Source: Lytechinus pictus (taxonomy: Eukaryota). From it: 60,000 nt of DNA. Below are positions 36,848 through 50,700 of this stretch, piece after piece. The DNA lies in the NCBI RefSeq assembly GCF_037042905.1, contig NC_087251.1:25732001-25792000 (forward strand). The letters run 5' to 3'. Within the stretch, counting starts at the first letter, position 1, and every line of letters starts with the position of its first letter. Under the pieces are notes generated by a model. That model did no database searches and was not told where the DNA came from. It saw only the letters and a program-made list of their open reading frames with translations. Made by a program: the position numbers and the translations under genes.

Positions 36848-39800
36848 CAGTAGAGGCGCACGGCCAATATTAGGCACTTCAGTCGGGCGGGCGATCGCGC
36901 GGACACAGCGCTAGACGTAGATTTTTGCATTGCAGTGAATGGCGAGCGCCTATCTAAGTAACACACACAGTTCGCTCCGCTCGGCACTTTGGCCGAGCGC
37001 TGGAGTTGCATTCGGCATTGCTCGAAAAGACAGTCAGTTTCTTCCTTTATTCCGCTGATTTTGATTGGTAAAAAATTCCCGCGGTTGCTTCGTACATCTT
37101 CGGTAAACATCGGAATTATACAAGACGGAGTCTCACTTACCTTCATGCGAGGGAAGGACCTAATATTCAGGTATTTAGTTTTCTTTGCTTGAAATCACCT
37201 TCTTGTAATCATCGGATCCCTTGTAAACTCGGTCAGTAATAAAATTGTATATTTGAGAACATTTTGTGAAATTCTAATCAAATTTGGTCCGTAGAGAGTT
37301 TGCGAATATGAGCTTCAGTTTTGAGTGTCATGAGGTGTTTGTGAATCTGACTCGGCCGATCGAGCAGGGTTGTTTTGAGCGTATACGAACAGCTGTGAGT
37401 GACGTCATCCCCACTGCGTTGGGCCTGAGATTAGTCTTGGTATTCAGACACAGTATGTTTCAGCCGTTGTATATTTTTTTTTATTACGATTTGAGCTCTG
37501 TTAATTATGAAAATCAAATTGTTATTTTGAAAATAATTTTGTAGAATTCGTGTGAAATAAGTATTAAGAGCAAAACTGCAAGTAAACTTCAAGAATTTTG
37601 TTTGATATGTGATTTTTTGTTGGAATGCGTCTGCATGTCTAGAATATGGTATTGTTAATGAAAGTCGTATTTTTGAATGGCACAGAAAGCTCCTTGCATG
37701 AATTTAATTTAGAAATAGGTTTACATACATGAGATGTGTTTCATGAATTTGATATCTGATTTATGGACCTTTGTTATGGTGTTAATTATTAATTTGAAGA
37801 TATTATGAAAAAGTAAGAGAAGACAATAATGAGGCAATTAACAGTGATGATGAGACATTAATAATATGAGACAATAAACATTGAGACAATTATAATAATT
37901 ATTATGATTATAATGATAACAATTATAATTATAATGATAATAATTATAATTGTAATAATTATTGAGACATCAATTCTAGTATTTATTGACAATAATAATT
38001 ATTACAGTAATCATTATTATAATAAAATAATTGTAATAACAATTATAATGATGTACTTTGAATTGTAATAATTACTGAGACAATAATATTAATGAGATAT
38101 CAATAATAATCATTATAATAATAATACTTATAATTAAAATAAATATAATTGTAGAAACAATTATAATTATAGTAATTATAATTATAGGCCTTATAATTAA
38201 TGAGACAATAATAACTATTATTACAATAATACTAATTATTATAAAATGATTATAATGATAACAATTATAATGAAAGTAATTATAATTGTAATAATTACTG
38301 AGACAGTAATATTGAAAGGTCATCAATAATTATTATTATAAAAATTATTATGATTATAAAAATAATCATAATTATAATTAAAGGCCTTATAATTATTGAG
38401 ACAAATAACTATTATTACAATAATAATAATAAAAAAATAATTATAATGATAACAATTATAATGAAAGTAATTGTACTTGTAATAATTACTGAGACAGTAA
38501 TATTGATAAGTCATCAATAATTATTATTATTATAAAAATTATTATAATTATAATCATAAAAATAATCATAATTATAATTATAGGCCTTATAATTATTGAG
38601 ACAATAATAATTATTTCAATAATAATTATTATTATGAAATAATTATAACAATAATTACTATGATAGTAATTATGATTGTAATAATTATTTAGAAAATAAT
38701 ATTAATGAAACAAAAATAATTATCATAATAATAATTATTATAATTATAATACTAATTGGGACAATAATGAAACGATGATGAGACAATAATAATATCAACA
38801 ATTTTATTGAGACCATAATAACAAGACAATAATGAGATAATAGACAATTGAAATCAATCTGTTTTTATTTTTTTCTAGAAATCCTAAGATTATTATTTTA
38901 ATTCTCTTTCTTTGATTACAAATTATATTCATTGAAAACTTAATTTCTAATGTTCAAGCAGAGAAAATCAATATCAAGTCATGTTTACCCTGTGCACAAA
39001 CCTACCACAGGGCAATTACCCCCGAAATAGGGTTAGGTTAGGTGTAGATTTTTGGATAGGGGTACAGTGTAGTTGTCCGGGGGGGGGGGGGTAATTGTCC
39101 AGGGTGGGTGGGGGTGGGGGAGGGGAATTGTCCGAGGGTGGGGGGGTGGGGGTTATCGTCCAGGGGTAGTTGCCCTTGAACCAAAGAAATCATATGCCAA
39201 TATGTCAAATCAATCTGAGTACTTTAAGATTTAAATAAAAAGCTTGTACAATTCCCCATAAGCTATGTATTATAAATGTGCCATGCCCAAAACAAAGAGA
39301 ATAATAAGATTTTGCAATCTTCTTTTGTCCACAGAAAGGCCTGTTTTTTCATCACAAAGATGACAATAACTCGACTTCTAGATATCGGAATTTGAAAATT
39401 CAAACAGTTTTGTGAATCGTAGATATTGAGCCTCATTGTGAGCCCATCAAATATGCTGGAACAGCCTTTCCTAATTTTCACCTGAAGTGCCTACCAATAT
39501 TGGAGACTATCTGCAATGTGGGAGATTATCTCCAATATCAGAGACTTTTGTAAAGAATTTTGGTATCCAATTTTAGAGACAGTCTCCAGTTTTGGAGTCC
39601 AATTTCCTTTGTTTACATTTGCTTCAAAAGGATTACCTTGGCGGCAAATAAAAATGTGATAAGCAGATTCCTCATAAAAAATTACCCCTTTTCACGGTCT
39701 ACTTTAAAAATTCACCGTCTACTTTTGTTTTGATAAAAATGATAAGGATTTTTGTTGTCAATCACACACAAAACAAATGGGCTTCTGACCTCAGTGAGAC

Positions 39801-39933
39801 AAAATTTTGGGTGGAAAAAATCATGCTTTTGTTGGTGTTGTTTCTTTTGTCCTTTTGCAAAGCAAGTCTCCAATGTGGGAGATTGTCTCCCCTATTGGAT
39901 AGAGTCTCCCATATTGGCCGTGCGCCTCTACTG
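36848..39933. mobile_element. 3.1-kb non-autonomous DNA transposon with CAG termini and 5-bp TSD
   Basis: 23-bp TIR CAGTAGAGGCGCACGGCCAATAT; TGCGT duplicated at 36843-36847 and 39934-39938. Confidence 0.8.
37850..38850. repeat. Extremely AT-rich tandem array, (ATT/AAT)-based with a ~198-bp higher-order period
   Basis: AGGCCTTATAATTA.TGAGACAA recurs at about 38186, 38382 and 38582. Confidence 0.8.
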
Positions 39934-42823
39934 TGCGTAGGTGTATATAGTGCACACACACACTGCTTGTTAAATGTTAATTTTTATTAAATTGGCATCA
40001 GGTGGCCGCGAGATGGGGCTCTAAAAAAAATTTTGGCGCTGCACTCTAAAGATAGAGATCTTGCAACTTGTCGCGCTAATTGGCATCAAGAGGCCGTAAG
40101 ATGGTGCTGTTGAAAAATTGTGAATTGCGTTGCATTACATTATCTCTTCATGATGGGCACATGTACTTATGAACCTACTCCACGAACCTATACTCATTAC
40201 CAACGTATCCACGATCTTACGAACCTATTCACCGCTATCTTACTATATGTAAACATCAACGACGCTGATGTGCACCCTCTCTGAGTTGTGTTGTAAAATA
40301 TGCGATTCCGAAAGGGCGCCCGCTAGCGTCATTGTTGATGAAGTATATAGTGTGATATTGGTGTGTGTGTGCAGTAGATATTGTTAACAGTGTCTCGGGC
40401 GTTACACTGCTTAGTGATACATGAAGCGAGAGAAGTGCAATATTATTCTTACAATACAGACGCTATTTTCATTCTTATATGGCGATCAAAGTGCAATGAT
40501 GAAAGTGATTGATATTCTTCGCACAAAGACTTCATTTTATTTTTTTAATAAAATGTATATATTTATAGTGTAGTGTTTATCCTAAAAATAATGAAAAATT
40601 CCTGGACAGTGAATTAAGTACTTTTTATTGTATTCTTGGATTTTATTATTATTTTTGTAATGAAAATATTCTTGGAAATTAACATGTAGTAGGGCCTATT
40701 GGAAAATAATTTTATTTCTTCTTTAATTTGTCATTCTGCTCTCTTTTTTCTTCTATTCTTCTCTTTAATACTAGTTTGTTCTTTTTATCTAATTCTTCTT
40801 ATCTATGACATAAATATCACATTTCTTTTACTTTTTTAATTTTCATTTATAGTCTTTTAGATTTTTTACTCTTTGTTCTCCTTCCCCCTTTTTTTAGAAA
40901 TTAATTATGTTTTTTTTATTTTTTCTATTTAGTTTAATTCACTTCCTTTTACTTTAATTTTCATTCATTTTGGTAGAGCCTTCTGTTGTTTAATTTTCCT
41001 GTTAAAACATTCTCTATTCATGAATTTGATAATAAAACCAAATATCTAAACACCTTCAAAAGAATTCTGCTTTATATGCCTTTTTTCCTTCTAAAATCAC
41101 ATTGTTAATTAAAGGCAATATTAGTTTGATCTTTTATCATTTATTGTTTAAAAATTAATTATTATTCCGCCTTTATATCTGGTTTCTTGATATTTTATTC
41201 TAAATTGAACTTTTTACTTTTTCCCCTTACCTTTCAATCTTTTAATATTTCATTCGGATATTTCTTTATCACTCTTTTTCACTTAAAATACTTTTTATTA
41301 AAAAATTTTTTTCCATAGTTTAATTCCTCTTATTTTAAAAAAATCTTTTCATACTTTCTTCTATTTGTTCATTATTTTTTCCCTTTTTCTTATTTATTTC
41401 CTCTTGTCTTTATTTCTTCTTTTACCCTTCACTCCTTACTGCTCTTTTTATTTTATCTTTCATCATTTACCATGAAACATTATATACTTTCTTACAAAGC
41501 AGAAAAAAAAATTATTATTTGAGGTAAGATAATGATATAATTTATACAAAATAAATAACATAAAGGGAATATACCCTGAACTCATAATCGTTAAAAAAAT
41601 CTTTGTTAGACATGATAAAAATTGCACTTCTTTAAAGTCATAAAATAAAGTTCAAGAAACTTAATTTATACTGTTATATATGATAGATATCTATCGTAAA
41701 CAATGAATGTGAAGGCTAAACTCAAGTTGAAAATTATTGTTATCAAACCTGAAAAAGGAACAAGTAAAAAATACCATCTGTAGGTAAGAGATGTTAGCAA
41801 TTTTAGTAGAGTGATTAACCTAATACGAGGGTGAAGCGCTAGCCTTTAAAAAAAAAAGTAAATATTAAAATGTTTATAATGAGTAGTCGCACTCGCAATC
41901 ATTTACATGATTCATCATTCATATAGTGAAAATCAATGCAAGCGCGAAGCGTGAATTGAAAATTGTTTGTAGTGAGACCTGTATATCCGGAACATTTTAG
42001 GGAGAAGTAATCTAAGTCTAACGTAGTGTATCAAGCAATTAATGAAAGCAGTTCTTATTTTGTTTACATAATACCTGAAAAGGGAACATTTTAATTGTAG
42101 AAATTCATGCAAAGGAAGCGGATATCATTGGTGATATGCTAGGGCAAAGCGCAATAAATGATTTTTTTTATACTTCACTTAAAAAGAGCTATTTTTTTTT
42201 GGTCAAGTTGATAAAGAAGAATTGTTTTTTTTTTGACATGTAAGAGGTGATGTAAAGCTTACCAATTAAAGAATAAATGATATCTTTTTCTGAATTTTTA
42301 GTAAGTATTAATGAAGATAACTCACTAAATGATATGTGCAGCTAGAGATGAAAGGTTATGACATTTGCGTTTTAATTTGCGTTTGTATAAGAAAGTAATT
42401 TTTTCTAAGGAGTGTTTTTTTAATTCAGATTAACAATACATATATGTCTATCCAAAATTTCTACCAAATTTTCATCTCTTGTCAAAGATAGTAGGCCTAA
42501 TAATATTTTTCTAAATTATTTAACTGCATTATAATATCAAAGGACGGGTAATACTTAGTGGTATTTCTTTTTTGCTCTTTAATTCCTTTGATTTTATTGA
42601 ATCTTTTTCCTTCATTTCTGCCGCATCTCCTCTTTTTGCATCCCCTGAAAGTTGCTCTCGGTGCACGTTCCTCTTCTTGCCACGTGCTAGAAATTCCATT
42701 GATGACGTTTTAAATATATAAAATGTTTACATAAAAAAAGAAGAATTCTTGAAAATACCTTGCTAAGTCTAACAAAAATGTCATACAATAACAGAACAAA
42801 ATAAATGTTCATATTTATACCAG

Positions 42824-44247
42824 GGGCGGTATTCTGAAAACCGTGTTAGCACAAAAACGGTGTTAGCTAACACGAATGGTATTCTGAAAATCGTGTTAGC
42901 ATGAAAAACACGTGGCCCCAGTGGTAACACCGCGCAGGTCATGAAATACGCAGTGCGCAACGCGCAACCCCCATACGCGGTGTTCGGGTGGAAAATAACA
43001 CGAAATTTGGTATTCTGAAAATGGTGTTAGCTAAAATTTTGTTCAAAGAAAACACAAAAATTTAACACTGCGTTAAGGAGAGGTTAAGTTGGGGATGACG
43101 ATGGCTGCACTTTTTCTAACAGACGCAAACGTCAAAAAAGAACATAAGCGGGCATATAGCTATTGTCTGGCAGAATAATTTACTCTAATTTTCTTTCATT
43201 TTTCCAGCTTTGGTATTTTCCATCTACCTTTCTCTCTATACTAAAAATGATTAAAGTTTAACAACAATTTCTTTGATATTTCCTGTGAAAATACACTTCA
43301 AATGCATCATTAATTATATGCTCATGAGTTATTTATTTGGTTAGTTTTTTGCCATGATATAAAAAGGACAAAAGGAGAGGAAGAAAATTAAAAATGTCTA
43401 AAAAACCACAAACAGAAATTAAAAAGAATTAGCGATTGGAGAACTGTTCTATACTATTCACAATTTGTTTTTACCCTTTTCAATTGTTATATAGTTCCAA
43501 TGATTACAATTTTTTAAATTTTCAATGCTTCTAGATTATCCTTAATTCATTTATCCCGCCAGTCAATTTATATGCTTCGGAAGTGGGGAGTAGGGGGGGT
43601 GGGGGTCGGTAAAAAGTGAAAAAAATATATATATCTTTTTTGGGGGGTGGGGCTCGTATCGCTATCAAATTTTTATAAAGAAACTGAAATACAATTTTGT
43701 ATGTTTGATATTTCTATGTCGGGTTTAATTTTTCTTATTAAAGTGCTTTTCATGCTATTCAAAATTTGCATTGCATGTTTATTTTTTCAAGTTCTCAAAA
43801 TTTTGGGGGCATGTATAACTTATGCTTGCCCCATATTATAGGGGCGATCGTCCCCTGCCCGCTCCACAAGCGATCGAGGCCTCTGTCTCCTGTCATAATT
43901 TCGTATCATCCGGTTCTTGTCACATTCACCCATCCCCACGTCTCTAACTTTTATTTAGCTGTATACTGTATGCGCTTACAAAAATTATGTCACAATGCAG
44001 GCTTCGTGACACTGAGCGCGCACTCCCCCTTTCCCTGAAATTTGGCGCGATTTGTTTCTTTAACAGCGCATTTGATTGGATTAAATGGATGCAGAGTGGG
44101 AGGAGCTGAAGATAACACGAAATGAGATAACACGCAGATAACACGGTTGTCAGAATACCGATTTGGGGGTATGTTAGGGGCGTGTTAAATCAGAGAGATA
44201 ACACGACATTTAACACGAAAGTTAACACGATTTTCAGAAAACCGCCC
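42824..44247. mobile_element. Non-autonomous PIF/Harbinger-like element
   Basis: TIR GGGCGGTATTCTGAAAA / TTTTCAGAAAACCGCCC; CAG TSD; subterminal GTGTTAGC / TAACACG repeats. Confidence 0.85.
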
Positions 44248-44521
44248 CAGAGTATTAAATTTAATGATGACTGTCTCTGTGACATATCAGTTAAAATATT
44301 TGTCTTCATATTTACATTACAACTGTTCGCCTATATTTACATTATGGTATATATATTTCAATATGTTACATTACATATTCAAATAAAGTAACCATACATT
44401 GTGATCTTTAATTGCTCATGAAATCATATATAGGGCACCTATTTTTCAATAATTGGAGTAAACTACACTATGTCATTATTACAACCACTAAAAATACCTA
44501 AGATTTCATCATCAATCATTT

Positions 44522-45483
44522 TTGTCTCACCTGCATAGCAGAGTGAGACTATAGGCGCCGCTTTTCCGACGGCGACGGCGATGGCGGCGGCGGCGTCAAC
44601 ACCAAATCTTAACCTGAGGTTAAGTTTTTGAAATGACAGCATAACTTAGAAAGTATATGGACCTAGTTCATGAAACTTGGCCATTTAAGGTTAATCAAGT
44701 ATTACTGAACATCCTGCCTGAGTTTCATGTCACATGACCAAGGTCAAAGGTCATTTAGGGTCAATGAACTTAGACCATGTTGGGGGAATCAACATCAAAA
44801 TCTTAACCTAAGGTTAAGTTTTTGAAATGTCATCATAACTTAGAAAATATATGGACCTAGTTCATGAAACTTATACATTAGGTTAATCAAGTATCACTGA
44901 ACATCCTGCATGAGTTTCACATCACATGACCAAGGTCAAAGGTCATTTAGGGTCAATGAACTTTGGCCGAATTGGGGGTATCTGTTGAATTACCATCATA
45001 ACTTTGAAAGTTTATGGATCTGATTCATGAAACTTGGCCATAATAGTAATCAAGTATTACTGAATATCCTGTGCAAGTTTCAGGTCACATGATCAAGGTC
45101 AAAGGTCATTTAGGGTCAATGAACTTTGGCCAAATTGGGGTATTTGTTGAATTACAGCCATAAATTTGAAAGTGTGTTGGTCTAGTTCATAAAACTTGGA
45201 CATAATAGTAACCAAGTATCACTGAACATCCTGTGCGAGTTTCAGGTCACATGATCAAGGTCAAAGGTCATGTAAGGTCAAAGAACTTTGGCCACGTTGG
45301 GGGTATTTGTTGAATTGCCATCATATCTCTATAAGTGTATTGGTCTAGTTCATAAAACGTGGAAATAAGAGTAACCAAGTATCACTGAACATCTTGTGCG
45401 AGTTATAGTAGTTTTCAAAATCAGCACTGCTGCTATATTGAATCGCGTGATGCAGGTGAGACGGCCAGAGGCATTCCACTTGT
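44522..45483 (+). mobile_element. Helentron-associated HINE (DINE-1/pearl/Tsp-like) with internal tandem core repeats
   Basis: Sub-terminal IR GTCTCACCTGCAT / ATGCAGGTGAGAC, a (GGC)n microsatellite, about 4.5 core units of 160-190 bp containing AAGGTCAAAGGTCA, and T-rich flanks. Confidence 0.85.
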
Positions 45484-46417
45484 TTTTATATACAAGTATT
45501 ATATATAAAGTAACACTACATTAAACTTATTTTCTTAAAAGTAATGATTCAAGACCACTATTACCCAGTTCAATCAAACTAAACAGAATTTATCAATGGA
45601 AATAAGACCATTTTATAGTAATACTATTTACCATATAAATACTTTTATAATATACTCTTCTTTTTTTTAATTCTTAAGTTCTATACATATAAATGAAAGA
45701 AAGTGTTCTTGTATAAAAGCTCATTATATCTATGTAATCTTAAAAATGCTAAGATTAAGTAGGCCTATAATTCTTTTTTTTGTTCAAGTGTTATGTAAAG
45801 GGTGCATATTTCAACTATAATCTATTGCGCGAATAAGCATATCTTAAAGAAATATTATTGGGGAAATATATCAAGTAATACTCAAAGAATGGTGTAATTT
45901 TTTTACTGAATTACAAAATTAAGTGAAAAATAATCTTAAAGGATTATTTTGTGTATTAATGTGTTACCAAACAAGCAGGTACCTTTATCATTTTTATTGC
46001 TTTTTAAATGTAATACAAATCATTCTTATCAATTAAGAAGTAATATTGGAAAATATATATATGTACAACACACTAAGTTATAAACATTAAAAACATTCCA
46101 ACAATATTATTTAAAAAAAATTGTCTCATTCATGTTTACTCCAAACACTTTGATCACTGACATAATTTATAAATGCAGTAATAAGATAAATATATCCTAT
46201 ATCTACTTCTGATGTATCACACGGATTCCTTAAAGTTATATAATTGGATCGCTGTAAAGGTATATGGTCTTTATTTCATACATTTTTTTTAGGCATCATT
46301 ACATTCTGATAAGTATGATAAGCTGATAATTGAGGTTCAAGCAGAATTAATCGCAAGCTATCAGTTATTTTATTTCCCTTTGTGTTTACAATGGCTTATA
46401 CAATTTTGCAAAATCAT

Positions 46418-47290
46418 CTAAATATCATCTAAAAATGCATCAAATATGTCTTTAAGCTTGTATCTGTTCAGAAACTCTGCGAAATAGCAGCTATAGTGTT
46501 CCTTCTTCCTCCCATGGGTTGGTAGGCTGGATATTAGCTGCTGCCAGTGGCCCTCGATTTTGTTTGTTGTAAAGCCGTCTTTGTTCTTATTATCCAAAAA
46601 ATGATTTACAGTTTCATGTGTATAACCATGCTTCACCAAGTTTGAGTATGATTTCCAGCAGTCGGAGATGATCTTGGTCCCTGGAAGAATGTACCACTTT
46701 ATTATTGGCAGGAGCGTTTCTTCAGATCTGTCATCAACAGCAACAATGAATGACTTCCTAGAATCTTCTTCAATGCCGCCAAACACCCATTGTCCTTCTA
46801 CCTTATGGCCCTTGTTGCCTTCGCCTCCTATTTTCTCCTCTGAATCAAGCAGATCACTTTGCATGCTTCTCGGCAAAACATCTCCCAATCTACTGCTGTC
46901 TTGCTGCTAATTTGCATTTGTTCCTTCATCAAATTTTGTGGCATGTTTTGTGTCCACCAATTCATCATCTTCAAAATCTCTAGAATACTTAGATTGGAAT
47001 GACCAAACCATGTTCCTCTCCTTATATTGATATTGTTTTTGAGTGTTTTTTCTTCTGGAACATCTTCCTGCACTCCCATTTGTAGCCATCCAGTTGATAT
47101 TTTGTCTCTACCAAATGTACAAGACTGTTGCATTCTGGGATAGATATGTATTGCAAAATAAGTCCTTTATTCATGAGCCATTGGAGTGTATACTCCTTGC
47201 TAACAAGAACATTTAAGAGTAAATCGTCATAACACTATCTTGTTATGAGAATGACTTATCCGATTGTATGTGTTTGGTTACTGTTCAATT
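46418..47290 (-). pseudogene. Merlin (IS1595/ISXO2-like) DDE transposase, frameshifted and internally deleted
   Basis: Overlapping frames give SKTAVDWEMFCREAC / KIGGEG..QWVFGGIE..DRSEETLLPIIKWYILPGTKIISDCWKSY..HETVNH..TNKIEGHW. The VEIDES segment carrying the first catalytic Asp is missing after KIGGEG. Confidence 0.88.
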
Positions 47291-47747
47291 TGTATACTTT
47301 TATATGTGTCAAATTTGAAGAAGTCCTAGGTTCCACACGATGGTCTGAGTGTTCAGATGACATCCTAAATACACATTCTAGAGTAATACAACTGCATACA
47401 TCTGGATATAGCCTATAATTTCACTTGTCCTGATTCTAGAGATGACGAGGTAGAGACTAAAGTTCACTCCAGTCTGTTGTCTGTTTTATACTGCCAATAC
47501 GTCATGTGTGACTGGTTTGACGTGTTATATACAGCCAGTCACATTTATCGTATCCTTCCCGGGGAAAGCCCCCTCTTAATCATTGAAGTGGAGAGATACT
47601 TTACAGTTCACTATATATTGGTGTGGGGGTAAAAACAGAAAATAAGCAAAATTCGATTTTTTTTTTTTTTTTTTTTTTTTCTTCTTCCAAACTCTCTCTG
47701 CATAATAAACAATGCAACAATTCTTGTTCTTTCCAGGAATTAGCATC

Positions 47748-50700
47748 ATGGAGGTATGTGCTAGATGTACTCTGAGATTTCATAAACTAATTTGCTACAC
47801 AAGATATTACCCAGTCAGTTTCATGGTGAGTATTAAAAAAAACACCACCCATCGTGATCATACAATTAATTAAGAAAATTGAACTGTGAACGATATTGTC
47901 TCAAAATCATTCGAAATTATTTATCGTATTGTACCTAAGCATAAGTGTATGTTGTAAGATTTTTTTAATCAACAAAATAATTTTTAAAAAATAGGGAAAA
48001 TCCCTGCTGACATCAGCTTGGTATTTGATTGACACAAAATGTAGCAGCATGTAGAATTATTTATTTGTGAGGTTTGACATCGAGATCAGAAGCTAAAAAG
48101 GGGAGTCATAAAAGCAGCATCTCTCTTATTACAATTGCATCCTCAAACCATCCCACCACCCCTTTCATCATCTACCCCTCGTCCAAATATACTTAAGAGC
48201 AAAATAGAATCAATGTCAACATTTCGGGCTATACAGAAGTATGCATGAAAATATGCTTCTAAACTGATGTATTCTTTTCTTCCAACTGCAGAGCACAAGG
48301 CCAAGTCCTGACATCCCAATTATCAGGATTCCCAAGGCCTTACAGAAGAAAGTCCAGACCATTCAAAAGGGCCAAAGGAAAGGTCCAATCAAGTGGAAGG
48401 GTAGGATCTTCACTGCTAGGCCTGGTACAGAGATCATCTCATCCAAGAGAAAGGAGTACAACCACTATCTTAACCAGACCTACCAGAAGCTCTCTCCTCC
48501 CAAGCTTGCATCTCAGGGCTGGAAGTCTAATAAATCCAGAGGGGATTACTTTAACATTCTAGCCTACAAAGGGGTAAGTGAATGCCTTGTTCTTGCAGCA
48601 GAAATTATATTGGCTACTCAAGCATCTAGTGAAAATTCAGTGGTTTTCAATTTCCCCTCACCAGGTGTTGGGTGTGAAATGTCCTTATCAGGGGGCAGGG
48701 GCTCTCATTCGTCTCTGAATATATCCTTCTTATGCCTACATTTACATCAAATGTCAGGCAAGCTCATGCCATGTCAATGTTCCCTGCCAAAAAATCTGAT
48801 ACAACGCTGGTCTTTGACTTACTTGTGGGCTTCTCTGCCCTCTTGCTGTCTCTCTGTCTTCATCTTTTTTTTCAATAACCAATCTGAAGAGTAACTTCAA
48901 GTTAAAATTACCCTTCGGTAATCACCTTCAGTAATGTATCATACTCTCTCTCCTTCTCTCTCCCTCCCTTTTCTCCCTCTATCTCTCTCTTATTCTGGCT
49001 TTCTTTAATTTTTATATCCATTTCTGTCTTTTCAGAATCCATCGATTACCAAGACACAAGAAAATGAAGCAGAGACTGCGGATAAGAAACCACAAACCTT
49101 TCAAGACCTGAAACTACATCCTTCTGTCATGAGAGGATTAGATTTTATGGATATCAGTACACCTACAAGTATACAGGTATTGTTCAATTAAACAAATGAA
49201 CTACCTATAAAAAGTTAAAGGATAACTCAAGTAGTTGCAGTCAGCAATAATTATTAAAGAAAGTCTGTAATATCAAGATTATACATTACCACATCATAAT
49301 GCATCTGGATCTAATACGTATTGACATAGTTCACGTCAACCGAATGCTCATAACAAATCCGTAGAGTGCCCAAGGTGCTAATTCTCATTACGTTAAGAAT
49401 TGCTTGGATCTTAAGATTTATATGTTATCCTCCCTTTCTTCCCCCATACCCTTGCAGTTGTCTGCAATACCTAGTATCCTGCAGGGAAAGAACACGCTGT
49501 GTGCTGCAGAGACTGGTAGCGGGAAGACCCTGACATACCTACTCCCGTTGATACAGAGGCTGCTTGATGAATCAAAACTGACAGGCACACCTACAGCTGC
49601 GGAGACTGGTCTGCCTAGGAGTGTGGTGCTTTTGCCCGTCGGTGAACTTGTCCATCAGGTTTTGGTAAGGGTCTCATTGGGCCACGTAACACAATGCTTT
49701 GTGAATGATTGCACTGTTGATTTGTGAAAAACTGATAGCACATTGTGGTCAATGCAAGGGATTGTCGGTGAACTTTTCTATCGGGTTTGGGTAAGGATCT
49801 CATTCATGGAATATTTTTTTTTTATTCTGGGGCTATATTTTTAGCCCAACAGCACATACTACATTGTAATACCATTTTATATTAGACCCTATGGGAATTT
49901 CAAGGGTTTTTTATTAGTTTTCCAGGGCTTTGTAGGGCTTTCCGGGGATGAATTCACCCCAAGCCTCTCATGTAAGTTCTCCCTGATCTCATTCGAGTTG
50001 GTTCTCTTGTGAAATAATCAAGGACAATATACACTCTTATGTTTTTGAATATATTTGGATATTGCATTGCAAAGCTAAATTGTAATATTATAGTCAACAA
50101 TCAGTGTCCCTTATTTGAAATGTCTGTTATACGGTAGCTCTCAAATTTATCAGAAATGTATTATTTGGATATCCTTTTTTTATTGTGTTTTCAGGAGGTT
50201 TGCAAGATTCTTGCTGAGTCTGCTGGTTTATCAGTTCAATACTTTGATGGGGAAACAAGCTTGGTAGGTGTCTACTTCATTATGTATTCATATTGCACGG
50301 TATATAAATGGAGTGACAGATTTACAGCATTTTTTCTTCTGTTTTCCTCCTATTCCCTTTCCTTTTCTGTTGCATTTCCATTTCCTCTTCCATATTGTCT
50401 TCCCCTTCATTTTTCCTTTCCTCTTCCTCTAACTCTTTCTCTTCATATTCCTCCTGCTTTTCCCTTCCTTTCCCTCTTACTCTTCCTCTTTCCCATTCCT
50501 CTTCCTCTTATTGTGTGTGTGTGTGTTTGAGGGGGGGTTAATAAAGAGTTAAATCGAACAGAAAACATGCTGGAAATTGAATGCAAATACGGTATCTAAT
50601 TTAGAAAATGCGACATAGATTTAGACATTAAGATTTTTTTTTTTTTTCTTTCAGAAAAACCTGGAAAAAAGACTGAGTTCATCCACCGACATTATCATTT

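Larger units (their letters stand above)
36695..40277. mobile_element. Old TIR element hosting a nested 3.1-kb insertion
   Basis: GGGTGCCCGCCAGCGTCGATGATG is inverted as CATCAACGACGCTGATGTGCACCC; subterminal GTAGGT/ACCTA repeats. A third similar end (GGGCGCCCGCTAGCGTC) sits at 40314. No TSD seen. Confidence 0.55.

Noticed and set aside
40314..47575. Single Merlin element spanning the TIR-like end at 40314 to the transposase
   Set aside because: No matching inverted end or 8-bp TSD was found near 47.3-47.6 kb.
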